Shown one piece after another: positions 9,099-20,300 of a stretch of 64,000 nucleotides of DNA; the stretch's first letter is position 1; every line of letters begins with the position of its first letter. Both the position numbers and the translations under genes were made by a program. This DNA is from an uncultured SAR86 cluster bacterium (GTDB lineage Bacteria; Pseudomonadota; Gammaproteobacteria; Magnimaribacterales; AG-339-G14). The notes beneath the pieces were generated by a model that had not been told where the DNA came from, made no database searches, and worked only from the letters and a program-made list of their open reading frames with translations. The stretch is taken from NCBI GenBank assembly GCA_902594855.1, contig CACJNS010000003.1, positions 1,289 through 65,288 of the forward strand, in the 5' to 3' direction.

Positions 9099-12000
9099 TT
9101 AAAAATTCCACCCAGCTCTTACACCGTATCTAGCTCTTTCTCTAGCCATAATTCTTTGATAATTACCTACTGCAGTACTTTCTAAGTTTCTGTAATAGAT
9201 ACTTTCATTATCAGTAATGTTTTGACCATAGAATTGAACGAACCATGAATCATCACTATCTGAGACAGTAATTTGTGCTCCTAATTCATCCCATCCTTCA
9301 AGATAATCACTAGCTAAATTGTAAACCCTGTTATATCTTTGACCTTGAATATAATAATCAAGACGATAGTTAATTTTAATTTCTCCAACGTCCTGCAGAT
9401 ATCCTATACCAAGTGAAATTTGACTTTCAGGATGATACAAGCTGTTTCCTGACAAATCAGTTTCCAGACCTTCACTGATGTCTGTTCCTGCCACTAAATC
9501 AAATCCATGAAGCTGAGCCAATACTCTTAGTGGATCGAAATCAACATTATTTCTTAACCTGTTACCTAATGATGGTAAATGTCCATCTGCAGGCATTGCT
9601 CCAGTAAATGGATTGAAATAACTCACAGGCGTGGGTTCACCAAAAGTTCTATCACCATGGTGTTCTATTGGATTAAAGAAAACTGCTTGAACTAGACCTA
9701 GACCATCTAAAGCAGGATTCAATGCAGCAATACCATCTGCAGGAGTGGTAGCTGCACCAAGAGTAGTGACTTCTTGCAAATAAGTTTGCCACATAGCTGC
9801 TAAAGCTGTTTTCTTAACAATATAAGTCTCAGATTGTTCGTCTTTCATAAGATGCCATTCTGCTCCACCACCAGAAAGTTGGAGATCTCTATTGATGACA
9901 TCAATGGCTTTTTCACCATCAGCAATAGAAGAATTGGTCAAACTGATTGAAGCATTGAATGATAATCCTGGAACATCAGGTGGGACAACTAAAAGTTCCG
10001 CTTCTAAACCGCTTATATCAACATCAATTCCTTCATTAATTGTAGTTCTATTAATGATTTTACCTATATGATAATTTTTAACTTGCGAAGCATAAGCAGA
10101 AACGTTAAATCTAATTCCTTGATCAGGGAACTCATTCTTAAATCCAACTTCTACATTCCATACTTCTGAATCTGGAAAACCTGTGGGAACACCAGCAAAA
10201 GCGCCTGGATCAAATCCAGGGTTAATTCCACCACCTTTAAAACCTTTAGAAAGCGATACATACATCATCGAATCTGAGTTAATGAAGTAATCAACAACGA
10301 ATCTTCCAGTAAATTTACTTGTCTCAAGTGTTGTATCAAAACCGGCTGCTTTATAAGCTTCACCAGGAGCGCTTAAACCTTCTCTGCCTGGAATACCAGC
10401 TGGGCAAAATGCACCGCCTGGGGGACAGAAAAGAGCCTCCCATGCAGCGGCACTAGGCACTTGACCGCTTGTAAGCATTCCGGCTAAAACATCGGTCATA
10501 AATCCTTTTTGATATCCAAATACATTAATAAAAGGATTGCTTGGCAAAGCTTCTTTAAAATCATCTGTATATCGAAGACCGAAGGTAATTTTTACATCAT
10601 CATTGGCTTGGTAATAGTATTCTCCAAATACTGCAGAAGATTCAATGGTATCTAAGTTTGCCGTTCTAAAGTGTGGAGCATATAACTGAATACCCAGAGC
10701 ATTTAATTGCGCTCCTACCAAAGCTGCTGCAGGCGCTTTCGTTAAAGCATCCAATCCAGATGCAACAACATCAGTATTTGTGTCACCTACATTTTTATAA
10801 TAATTCATTCCAAAAAGAAAATTATGAGGCCCATCAAAACCCGAGACCAATTTTAATTCGACTGAATCAGTAATTTGTTCACTCATAATTGCAAAAGCAC
10901 CAACAGGATTATTGACAGTATCTAAGATACAGCCTCCGAACCAACCCGCAGTATAATCTTCTACAGAACAAGCTGGATTAAATACATCTGACATAGTTCC
11001 TAACCCGCCTGGAGTTGCTGGCGAATCTAAAAATCTAAGAGTATCTAACTCAGGAGACTCCCAAGCTTCTCTTCTGTTGAAAGCTCGATCTTTTCTACTC
11101 GCCGCAACAGAAAGAAATAATTCATCAGAAATATCGTGATCAATTAAAATCTGAGTGAGGTATTCATCAATGGTATACATTGGAGTACCTCTGAGATTAA
11201 CTTGCCAGAATTGCTGCGGTGCACCAGACATATCTGTTATAGGAGTAAAGTCTAAGACGCCTTGTGCTACAAGCAGATTTTCAACAAATGTAGACATAGG
11301 ATTAGCTATTTCAAATTTTTGATTTTCTGGAGCAACCTGAGTACAGCCAACCACAAGCGATGGATCTCTGTCACACCATGAACCGGCAGATACATTCCTA
11401 GTTGAGTCCTCTAAAGCTGCTGAATGAACTACATTGATCGTTGTATCGTCTGACGCATCAAAAGTAAGAGTCAATCTATAGGCTGATTGATTTCTATTAT
11501 CTATATCTTGACCTTGTGAATATATGTTCTCAATTAAGGGATCTTGCCTAAGAGTATAAGTAGCAATTCTTAAAGCTACTGAATCATCTAAAGGGATATT
11601 GAATACTGATTCAGTACCAAATCTTCCATAGTCACCTAGATCAACCTTAGATGAACCGTAAAAACCTGATGTATCAGCTTTTGCAGTTATAAAATTTATT
11701 GAGCCACCGATAGCATTACCCCCATACAGAGTTCCTGCAGGCCCTCTAATAACTTCTACTCTTTCCATGTCGAAAATACCACCAGAAGCCAAATCTGTAG
11801 TTCCTACAATCATATCGTTAATATGAACTGCGACACCAGGTTCAGTAGTTCCTGAGGTAGCGCCATTTATCATTCCTCTGATTTCAAATTGACCCCCACC
11901 AACACCAATGTTTCCACTAAATCTTAGACCTGGTATAAACATTTGAAGATCTTTAGCTTCTTCAATTTGTCTCGCTAAAATATCGTCAGTATCCAAAGAA

Positions 12001-12146
12001 CTAACTGCTAAAGGAACTGATTGAAGGCTTTGCTCTTGTCTTTGAGCAGTAACTGTTACTTCTTCTAATCCATCTGAATCTTGCACAAAAGCAAAAGAAG
12101 ACGAAAGAAAAGAAAAAATTAAAAATAATTTAGATGAAAATTTCAT
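9099..12146 (-). CDS. TonB-dependent receptor (TBDR-1)
   Basis: Signal peptide, TonB box EEVTVTAQR, plug ERVEVIRGPAGTLYG, terminal YGVRAGWNF. Confidence 0.95.
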   Translation of the reverse strand: MKFSSKLFLIFSFLSSSFAFVQDSDGLEEVTVTAQRQEQSLQSVPLAVSSLDTDDILARQIEEAKDLQMFIPGLRFSGNIGVGGGQFEIRGMINGATSGTTEPGVAVHINDMIVGTTDLASGGIFDMERVEVIRGPAGTLYGGNAIGGSINFITAKADTSGFYGSSKVDLGDYGRFGTESVFNIPLDDSVALRIATYTLRQDPLIENIYSQGQDIDNRNQSAYRLTLTFDASDDTTINVVHSAALEDSTRNVSAGSWCDRDPSLVVGCTQVAPENQKFEIANPMSTFVENLLVAQGVLDFTPITDMSGAPQQFWQVNLRGTPMYTIDEYLTQILIDHDISDELFLSVAASRKDRAFNRREAWESPELDTLRFLDSPATPGGLGTMSDVFNPACSVEDYTAGWFGGCILDTVNNPVGAFAIMSEQITDSVELKLVSGFDGPHNFLFGMNYYKNVGDTNTDVVASGLDALTKAPAAALVGAQLNALGIQLYAPHFRTANLDTIESSAVFGEYYYQANDDVKITFGLRYTDDFKEALPSNPFINVFGYQKGFMTDVLAGMLTSGQVPSAAAWEALFCPPGGAFCPAGIPGREGLSAPGEAYKAAGFDTTLETSKFTGRFVVDYFINSDSMMYVSLSKGFKGGGINPGFDPGAFAGVPTGFPDSEVWNVEVGFKNEFPDQGIRFNVSAYASQVKNYHIGKIINRTTINEGIDVDISGLEAELLVVPPDVPGLSFNASISLTNSSIADGEKAIDVINRDLQLSGGGAEWHLMKDEQSETYIVKKTALAAMWQTYLQEVTTLGAATTPADGIAALNPALDGLGLVQAVFFNPIEHHGDRTFGEPTPVSYFNPFTGAMPADGHLPSLGNRLRNNVDFDPLRVLAQLHGFDLVAGTDISEGLETDLSGNSLYHPESQISLGIGYLQDVGEIKINYRLDYYIQGQRYNRVYNLASDYLEGWDELGAQITVSDSDDSWFVQFYGQNITDNESIYYRNLESTAVGNYQRIMARERARYGVRAGWNF

Positions 12147-12250
12147 AACACTCCCTGTTTAAGTTTTCTTCCTTGATTTAATGTGTAATCTAACTTAAAT
12201 CAGTGAAAATTTAAATATTTTTATTTTTCGAAATTTATAATTCTATTTTG
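12147..12250 (-). promoter_or_regulatory. Promoter and leader of TBDR-1
   Basis: TTTAAA-N17-TAGATT on the minus strand; SD within the hairpin AACA-GGGAG-TGTT; homologous to the TBDR-2 upstream region. Confidence 0.55.
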
Positions 12251-12305
12251 AGTCAACCTTATTTTTTAAATTTAAATAAAATTAATATAAATAACTATTT
12301 ATTTA

Positions 12306-14021
12306 TTAGTTGGTTGAATTCCAGTAGTCGCTCATAAATTTATAGAAATTTTCATTCCATAAGCGAGAATTTTTAATTTTGGTTGAATAGATTTTTGCAG
12401 AAGGATTTTTGGAGCTAAATGGTACATAACCTTCTATGCGACCATATTTAGCAAACTCAATCCAATCACTACGCATTTCTTTTGCAATCATCCTATCTGT
12501 TTCGGTTATTGTTTCTTCAATTCCAAATAGTCCGCCTTCATTAAATAGATAGCCTAGTTCTAGAGCATGGGTGGCACCCAAATAATCACTTGGAACGTTT
12601 AAATCAACATTGAAATAATACAAGTAAGTATCTGCAAGCACACTATGATTTAATGCTGCGTGAAATGCGGGTGCACCAAAAAACATTTCACCCCATAGAT
12701 CAATTGCAGTTTTATAAGGATCTGCATTGGTATCTATAAGGTTTAAATATTCAGTAGGTGGTGGTGATAATTTAGAAGGATCAGTAAAAGCCATAAGAGC
12801 TGCTTCTGGATCAATGAATGACCAAATAACAGACGGCCATATATCACCAAAATATGAAAACATTTGTTTATCAATAATTAAAGGTAAGAGACTCGTCCCT
12901 TCGTTTGCATTAAATCCTATTAAATATGGAACTTTATGATTTTTTCCCTTTTTAAAAGATTGCAAACTATTAGTTGGAAATACATAACCATCAACTATTT
13001 GACCGCTTATATTTGCCATAATGGCGTTATCAAGCATAGGATCATTTATCTCAACGATTTCACTTGCCGGTAGCTTTCTAAAATCTTCAATTGATCCATT
13101 TTCACCGAGAAAAAAATTCACTGCATTTATACCAAAATTTTCAGCTGAGACACCAGACTCTGAAACTTTCAACGGTATTGATATATTGGGGATAGCTGAG
13201 CCACTTTGTGAAATAGCTTTATGAAATAGACCCTTCGATAAAGGAGACATTAGCAATGATGAAACAGCCTGTCCACCAGCAGACTCTCCAAAAATAGTTA
13301 CGTTGTTAGGATCACCACCAAAACTTGAAATATTATTTTGAACCCATTTTAGAGCAAGGATTTGATCTTGAGTGGCATAATTTCCAGACACACCATGGAT
13401 TGATTCGGCAGACAATTCAGGGTGTGCTAACCATCCAAATATCCCTAATCTATATTGAATTGTAACTACAATTACATCTCCTTGCGTAGGAAGATATCCG
13501 CTGGTGTAATTTCCTTCGTGACCAGAACCCCACCTTCCGGCTCCTCCATGTATCCAGACCATAACAGATTTTTTCTTTGCTCCTCCTTTGGGAACAATGA
13601 CATTTAGATATAAACAGTCTTCTGAAGTATTTTGTTGGGTAACTTCATCAAAACCTGATACTTTCCCAATTGAATTTAAATCTAATCCTGATTCTTTAAG
13701 AATTAGTTGGTAAAAAGCATTATTACCTGTCCTATCATTTATAGGCTGAGTGCATGCTTTGACATTCTCGATTGTTCTCTTTATCCCTTGCCAAGGTTCT
13801 TTTGCAATCGGTGCTTTCCACCTTAAGTTTTTTATCGGAGGTTCGGCATAAGGAATACCAAGAAATTTTATTGTTCCGTCATCTGCTTCATATCCCTCTA
13901 TCAGACCGGAATCTGTAGCAACAATTTCGCTTAATTGCTCGCTGCATGATAGAAAACAAAAAACCCCACATAAAAGCAGGGTTTTTTGTAAATGAAGTTT
14001 TACCTTAGAAATTATATCCAG
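12306..14021 (-). CDS. Type-B carboxylesterase/lipase, probable lipoprotein; start uncertain and non-canonical
   Basis: GESAG, WIHGG, catalytic E and H. The frame stays open upstream of the track start (13562) through SEDCLYLNV, FLGIPYAEPP..LRWKAP and a signal peptide ending FLSC, up to an in-frame TAA at 14025-14027. Confidence 0.85.
   Translation of the reverse strand: MDIISKVKLHLQKTLLLCGVFCFLSCSEQLSEIVATDSGLIEGYEADDGTIKFLGIPYAEPPIKNLRWKAPIAKEPWQGIKRTIENVKACTQPINDRTGNNAFYQLILKESGLDLNSIGKVSGFDEVTQQNTSEDCLYLNVIVPKGGAKKKSVMVWIHGGAGRWGSGHEGNYTSGYLPTQGDVIVVTIQYRLGIFGWLAHPELSAESIHGVSGNYATQDQILALKWVQNNISSFGGDPNNVTIFGESAGGQAVSSLLMSPLSKGLFHKAISQSGSAIPNISIPLKVSESGVSAENFGINAVNFFLGENGSIEDFRKLPASEIVEINDPMLDNAIMANISGQIVDGYVFPTNSLQSFKKGKNHKVPYLIGFNANEGTSLLPLIIDKQMFSYFGDIWPSVIWSFIDPEAALMAFTDPSKLSPPPTEYLNLIDTNADPYKTAIDLWGEMFFGAPAFHAALNHSVLADTYLYYFNVDLNVPSDYLGATHALELGYLFNEGGLFGIEETITETDRMIAKEMRSDWIEFAKYGRIEGYVPFSSKNPSAKIYSTKIKNSRLWNENFYKFMSDYWNSTN
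13958..13987 (-). terminator. Intrinsic terminator after TBDR-2, overlapping the esterase signal-peptide codons
   Basis: mRNA AAAAAACCCUGC-UUUUAU-GUGGGGUUUUUU; same 5' arm as the TBDR-1 terminator. Confidence 0.7.
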
Positions 14022-17000
14022 CTCTTACTCCGTAACGTGCTCTTTCTCTGGCAATAATCCCTCTTGTGTTTCCTACAGCTGAACTACCAAGAGCCATAAA
14101 GTCAATATTCTCTTCATCGGTAATGTTTTGACCGTAGAAAGAAACAAACCAAGCTTTGTCAGACGGCGTTACCGTGATTTGAGCTGATAGTTCATTCCAA
14201 GGCTCTAATTTATCACTTGGAAGATTGAAGATACGTACGTATCTAGAACCTTGATAGTAATAATCTAACCTGAAATTAACCATTACTGGTCCTGTATCAA
14301 GTTCGTAACCTATACCAACGTTAGCCATAACATCTGGATGAACTAATTGGTTGCCTGATAGATCTGAGTTAAGACCATCTTGAATGTCAGGAGCCGCAGG
14401 ATTTAAATTAAATCCGTGCAGTTGTGCCATTGTATCAAGAGCAGATCTATCTGCTAAAGAAGGTAAATGACCTTCTGCAGGCGTAAGCCCTAATGCAGGC
14501 ACTAGATAACTTACTGGAGTTGATTGACCTAAAGTTCTGTCCCCGTGAAATTCAGCAGGAATTAAACCAGCCATTAAATCTTCAGTGCTAACTGTCCCTT
14601 GGCTTACAGCAACAATACCATCTAATGGTGTAGTTGCAGCTCCACCTGTGGCTGATTCTGTTAACCATGAATTCGTGATAGCTGCGAGAGCTGCTTTCTT
14701 AATTATAAAGAATTCAGACTCTACATCTTTCATTAAATGCCAGTCTTTTCCGCCACCGGTTAATTGAAGATCGTGGTTGTGCGGGTCAAGAGCAGATTCG
14801 CCATCAGCAATAGTTGATTGCGTAAAACTTAAGCTAGCATTTACGCTTAAACCAGGAACTGAAGGTGGAACATACAATAAATCAAACTCAGCACCCATAA
14901 TATCTACGTCAACACCTTCGTTAAGAGATGTTTTCTTGATTACTTTTGTGACGTGATACCCATCGAACTGCGATGCATAAACTGCGGCATTAAATCTTAC
15001 ACCAGCATCAGGGAATTCGTTTTTGAATCCAATTTCTACATTCCATACATTAGTTTCAGGAAATGCTAAAGGAACGTTTGGAAAAAGTACCGGATCAACT
15101 GCAGGGTTAATACCACCACCTTTGAATCCTTTTGAAATAGATGCGTACATCATAGAGTCGTCGTTAATAAAGTAATCAACAACGAATCTTCCTGTCGTTG
15201 AGCTGAATTCCATTTCGGGGTCAAAACCAGTAACGTCTCTGTACACCTCACCGTAGTCAGGAATTGAACCTGCTAAAGCACAGAATCCTCCGTTAGCAGG
15301 ACAAAATACGCTTTCCCATAGAGCGGCAGCGGCACCAGCAGGAAGAAGTCCTGCTTGTTGTCCTGCAACAGTTTGTGCCATACCGGCAATCAAAGGATCT
15401 GTTTGAGGTGAAGACGGCAATTCGGCAACAATTGCAGCTGCTGCTCCGTCAGTAACTTGACCAGGTGCATATCCAGCTACGTTTACAAATGCTTGTCTTG
15501 AAAGACTTTCTTTGTAATCTTCGTTATACCTTAGACCGAAAGTTAGCCTAAGATCCTCTCTTGCTTGGAAGTAATACTCACCAAATACAGAAGAAGATGT
15601 AATAGTGTTTAATGAATCCGTTCTGTATAGAGAAGGATAAAGTTGAATACCCAATGCTGCATTAGTAGCACCTACATACAATGCGGGCGGTTTATATGCT
15701 AAGGCATCAAGACCGGTAGCACCTACATCGTAGTGATTGTCAGAAAAAGTATCAGTGTAATTTAAACCTACTAAGAAATTGTGATTCCCATCGTAATCAG
15801 ATGAAATTTTTAATTCAACACTGTCTGTATTAGAGAGCGCATTAGAATGATCGAATCCTGTTGGATAATTAATTGTATCGAGAACACACCCACCGTAAGC
15901 ACCATACAAACCAGCAGTTACATCGTCACAACCAGCAGGATTAGAGGCAAAACCACCATCTCTACCAGGGCTGTACCCTGACATAACAACTAAGCCACCA
16001 GGAGAAGCAGCAGTATCTTTAAATCTAAGAGCCTGTAGGGTTGGGGAAGCGTAAGAGCTTTGTCTTAGAAATTTTCTATCTTTTCTTGATGCGGCAGCTG
16101 ATAAACTGAGGTCGTCATTAATTTGATGTTCAATAATTAACTGTGTGAGGTACTCGTCTACTTGGTAAAGAGGGGCTCCTCTCTGATTAACCTTCCAGAA
16201 TTCCTGTGGAGCACCGCTCATGTCAGTTACTGGAGTAAAATCAAGCACTCCCATAGCCACTAATAGATTCTCAACAAAAGTACCCATTGGATGAGTCAGT
16301 TCAAATTTTTGGTTCTCAACTAGCGTTGGCGTACAACCTACAACTAAAGAAGGATCTCGGTCACACCATACGCCGGCAAATAAGTTCCTGTTTGAATCCT
16401 CAAGAGAGCCTTGATGAACTAGGTTTATTGTTGTGTTATCGGTAGCTTCAACTGTTAATGTCGCACGGTAAGCAGACTGATTTCTGTTATCAGTATTTTG
16501 GAAACCACCAGAACCTTTGTAAGTATTTTCAATTAATCCGTCTTGAACCAACGTATTAGTTGCAATTCTCAAAGCAACTCTCTCGTCTAATGGAATATTG
16601 AAAACCGCAGTGGTTCCTAATCGACCGTAATCACCAACATCGGCTTTAACGTTCCCATAAAATCCTGAAGTGTCCCCTTTTGCAGTTATAAAGTTCAAGG
16701 CTCCACCAACAGAGTTTTGACCGAACAAAGTACCAGCCGGTCCTCTAATGATCTCAATTCTTTGCATATCAAAGAAGTTACCATCTTGGAGTGTTGTTGA
16801 ACCGACAGCTAAATCATTAATATGTGTAGCCACTCCGGCATCAGCAGTTGCAGAAACAGCAAGGTTAGTAACACCTCTAATTTCAAAACCACCACCACCA
16901 GAGAATTGATCGGAACCAAATCTCAAACTGGGAACAGTTAATTGAAGATCGCTAGCGCCTTCAATTTGTTGTTCAAATAAATCGTCTTCTGAAAGAGCTG

Positions 17001-17148
17001 AAACCGCTAACGGTATGTCTTGAAGACTTTGCTCTTGTCTTTGCGCAGTTACCGTAACTTCTTCAAGACCACTGTCTTGTGAAAAAGCAATACCAGTAAA
17101 TACTAACGTCAGGACAAGAAACGACGAAGATAAATTTTTTATACTCAT
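14005..17148 (-). CDS. TonB-dependent receptor (TBDR-2), paralog of TBDR-1
   Basis: TonB box, plug, terminal YGVRAGYNF; many blocks identical to TBDR-1 (WCDRDPSLVVGCT, GFKNEFPD, ARERARYGVRAG). Confidence 0.95.
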   Translation of the reverse strand: MSIKNLSSSFLVLTLVFTGIAFSQDSGLEEVTVTAQRQEQSLQDIPLAVSALSEDDLFEQQIEGASDLQLTVPSLRFGSDQFSGGGGFEIRGVTNLAVSATADAGVATHINDLAVGSTTLQDGNFFDMQRIEIIRGPAGTLFGQNSVGGALNFITAKGDTSGFYGNVKADVGDYGRLGTTAVFNIPLDERVALRIATNTLVQDGLIENTYKGSGGFQNTDNRNQSAYRATLTVEATDNTTINLVHQGSLEDSNRNLFAGVWCDRDPSLVVGCTPTLVENQKFELTHPMGTFVENLLVAMGVLDFTPVTDMSGAPQEFWKVNQRGAPLYQVDEYLTQLIIEHQINDDLSLSAAASRKDRKFLRQSSYASPTLQALRFKDTAASPGGLVVMSGYSPGRDGGFASNPAGCDDVTAGLYGAYGGCVLDTINYPTGFDHSNALSNTDSVELKISSDYDGNHNFLVGLNYTDTFSDNHYDVGATGLDALAYKPPALYVGATNAALGIQLYPSLYRTDSLNTITSSSVFGEYYFQAREDLRLTFGLRYNEDYKESLSRQAFVNVAGYAPGQVTDGAAAAIVAELPSSPQTDPLIAGMAQTVAGQQAGLLPAGAAAALWESVFCPANGGFCALAGSIPDYGEVYRDVTGFDPEMEFSSTTGRFVVDYFINDDSMMYASISKGFKGGGINPAVDPVLFPNVPLAFPETNVWNVEIGFKNEFPDAGVRFNAAVYASQFDGYHVTKVIKKTSLNEGVDVDIMGAEFDLLYVPPSVPGLSVNASLSFTQSTIADGESALDPHNHDLQLTGGGKDWHLMKDVESEFFIIKKAALAAITNSWLTESATGGAATTPLDGIVAVSQGTVSTEDLMAGLIPAEFHGDRTLGQSTPVSYLVPALGLTPAEGHLPSLADRSALDTMAQLHGFNLNPAAPDIQDGLNSDLSGNQLVHPDVMANVGIGYELDTGPVMVNFRLDYYYQGSRYVRIFNLPSDKLEPWNELSAQITVTPSDKAWFVSFYGQNITDEENIDFMALGSSAVGNTRGIIARERARYGVRAGYNF

Positions 17149-17293
17149 AACATTCCCCTTTTTTGTTTTGAGTTAAACATCCATGTATAAATAACCTAAA
17201 AAACTCCTTTTTTTAGGTATTTAACCTCTAATCTATCTTAAATTTAGCAAAAATTAAACGATTTTATTTATTTTTGAAATTTAGCTATTCTAT
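17149..17293 (-). promoter_or_regulatory. Promoter and structured leader of TBDR-2 with CsrA/RsmA-type GGA sites
   Basis: TTTAAT-N17-TAGATT; hairpin ACCUAAAAAA-AGGAG-UUUUUUAGGU; AUACAUGGAUGU. Confidence 0.6.
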
Positions 17294-17326
17294 AAAAAAA
17301 GCCCCTTTATGTATAAAAGGGGCTTT
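17294..17326 (-). terminator. Intrinsic terminator after TBDR-3
   Basis: GCCCCTTT...AAAGGGGC stem followed by a T-tract on the minus strand. Confidence 0.85.
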
Positions 17327-17344
17327 CTTAATATAAATATAATT

Positions 17345-20300
17345 TTAGAATCTATATCTGTACTCTATCCCAGTTACTCTTGGGTCTCTTAAGAAGTAAC
17401 TTTGGAAGTTTCCTGTCACATCAGTAGAGTTATATTTCCAAGTAATATTATCTTCATCGAGAGCATTTCTTGAGAAAAATCTGAAATACCATTGGTTTTC
17501 AATGTCTCCAACAGTTAAACCAATATTAAGTTCATCCCAAGCATCAACTTTTCCGTAAAGATCATTATTGAATTCATTTACATACATATCACTTTGATAG
17601 TAGTAATAAATGTTTGGAACTACAGAAATACCGTTGCCTACCTCAAAGTTATAAGAAAGACCTAGAGAAGTAGTTAATTCAGGAGTGTTAGGAAGTCTAT
17701 TGCCATCAATACTTTGTTTAACTCCAGTCGTAGTAGGTATTCCAAGAGCTGATAATGCTACCCTGGACATGTAGATCGGATGACCATCAGCTTGAGTAGT
17801 TCCGGGAACCGGCAACCAAGCATCCAAACTAGCTAAGACTGCTTGCGCAGCGTTTACAAGATCTTTATCAGCGATAAATGTATTTGCAACACAACCTTCA
17901 CCTTCGTAAAACAAATCGATGCATTTGTAGACAGTATTTTTAGCATCAAAATATTTGGTGCCTTCGGCAGCAATATTAAATGGATCAATCGTTAACGCAT
18001 CATCCATGATCTTAGTTTTGATATATGCAAACATAAAATCTAATCTTAAATTAGGAGCGGAGGCTGGAACGTAATCCATTTCAATTTCAGCACCGTAATT
18101 TTCTGAATCGATATTAAAGTTAAAAGTTGTAGTAGCTAGAATTCTTGATATTTGCATATCGGTATATTTGTTATAGAACAAAGAAGTGTTAAGTCTCATT
18201 TGTCCACCAAGCAAAATTGACTTGATACCAATCTCGTACGAATCAACTTTCTCTTCAACTGTGTTAGCAGGAATCAATCCTTTTTCATAAATCCTAGGAT
18301 TAATCGGAGGATTAATACCAGCTGGTTTTGTACCTCTTGAATAAGATGCATACAGAAGAGAATCATCACCGAATGCGTAATCAACGATTAATCTTCCTGC
18401 GGTAGTTGTGTAATCAAGTTTATTTTTTTGATACGACTCCCATCCAGGCTTATTGTAATCTTCACTTCTGTCGTAAAGCGCTGGAACTAAGTCTTTTACT
18501 GACATGAAATAAGTTGCATAAGCTGTTCCGGTAGCAAGAGCTTGTTGTTGAGGATCAGCAATTTGGCCAGCAGCAGCAATACCACCAGCTAATGCTGCTG
18601 AAGCAGCATTTACTTGCGCAGACACTCCATATAGATCCACTGTTTCCTGCTCGCCTACCCCACAACCGTTACTTGCTTGACCAGTTAATATTTGACCGAT
18701 GACTGCTTGATCTGGAGCTTGTCCAAATGCGCCGGCAATGCCTTCAAAACAATTATACAAATCACCGTCCACCAATAACCAAGGAACCCCAGCAAATGCT
18801 CCAACATTTCTTGCTTGTCCGTAGGTAGTGGTAACGATGTCATTAATTTTCTTTTCTTCACCGTAACGTAATCCAAGAGTAATTCTTAAGTTATCTTGAA
18901 CGTCGAAATAAAGCTCTCCAAATAAACCGCTTGCTTCTAGTGCATACTCATTTGTATTACCAAATGTGGTTGGTACAAAGAATTGAGCATCCCCTAACAA
19001 TGTTAGAGGCGAAGAAGTAGTTAAGTAACTGTCGTCTTCGTAATGACCGTAATGATTTATACCCACGATGTAGTTAAAAATTCCGTCTAAATCAGAACTG
19101 TATTTAAGCTCTAAATACTCGGTAAGTTGTTCGTTACTGGATCCATCAATGAAAGAATTTCTGTTGGTAGTTTGTAAAACGTATTTACCTGATTGACCGC
19201 TTAATCTTTCTGCTTGAGTTGGTCCTTTTATTCCACACTGATCGGCTACACAATGATCCAACATGTCTACACTTATAAGGCCTCCAACGTAAGTGAGAGG
19301 ATCATCAGATACTTTCACTCCGAGCAAAGGTTCAACAGCCAGAGTTGTATCCATTCTTGTGTAAGAAGAAGACTCTCTATTCATCATATTTAGAGATAAC
19401 CTTCCTTTATCAAGGTCGTGGGAAATAGTTAATTGATGAGTTCCAGATTGGCGATCAAAAATTGGAACAAAATCACTGTGCGTTTGTCGCAAAGTCATAT
19501 TGTCAGGCCTTGGGGCATCGTTTAATCCAAAAGCTGTATAAGTTGCCGTATTGGCTCCTAATGGAGCAGATTCTAAAAAGACCGCAGCTAGAATTCCGTT
19601 GTAAGTAGCAGCAGGATTGGCTATTCCAATACCCTCTCCATCCAAAGTACAACCTCTAGCAATGTTAGCGCTTGGCGTACAAACGTAATTAGTTCTCAAA
19701 GTTCTGGTGCTTTCTTCTTCGTGTTCTTGATACATGTAGTCGATCACAGTGTTTCCTGTGTCGTATCGTAAAGAAATTCTTCCTACGTAATGTTCTCTTC
19801 CATCAAAGGTGCCGCCTACAGGAGTGTATAAATTTTCGGTAAATCCATCCCTCTCAGTTTGAGTATAAGCAGCTCTAACTGCAAAATTATCATCTAAAGG
19901 AATGTTTACGGCACCTTCAAAAACCTGAAGATCGTACTCTCCAGTTGTAAAGCCTGCATAGCCTTCAACGCCAGAGTCTACGGAAGGTCGCTTAGTAACA
20001 AGATTAACTAGTCCTGCAGTAGTCCCTCTTCCAAATAATGTTCCTTGAGGTCCTCTAAGTACTTCCACTCTGTCCATATCAAACATAGTTGCTACGTTGG
20101 TATTTTCTCCCCAAGGAGATTCATTTATATGTGTTGTCACTGATTGATCAAAAGAAATTCCTGTGGCAAGTCTTCCAATACCTCTGATAGACACCGAGCT
20201 ACCACCGAAGTTAGTCTCTGAATAACTGAGGTTAGGAACATTAAGTTGCAAATCTGTAAATCTCACTGCCTGCCTTAAAGCTAAGTCATTAGCAGATAAA

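Noticed and set aside
13563-14024. Pseudogene or frameshift explanation for the short esterase call (and likewise for lhgO, 23319-23672)
   Set aside because: Manual translation shows uninterrupted in-frame conserved motifs; only the canonical start codon is missing.
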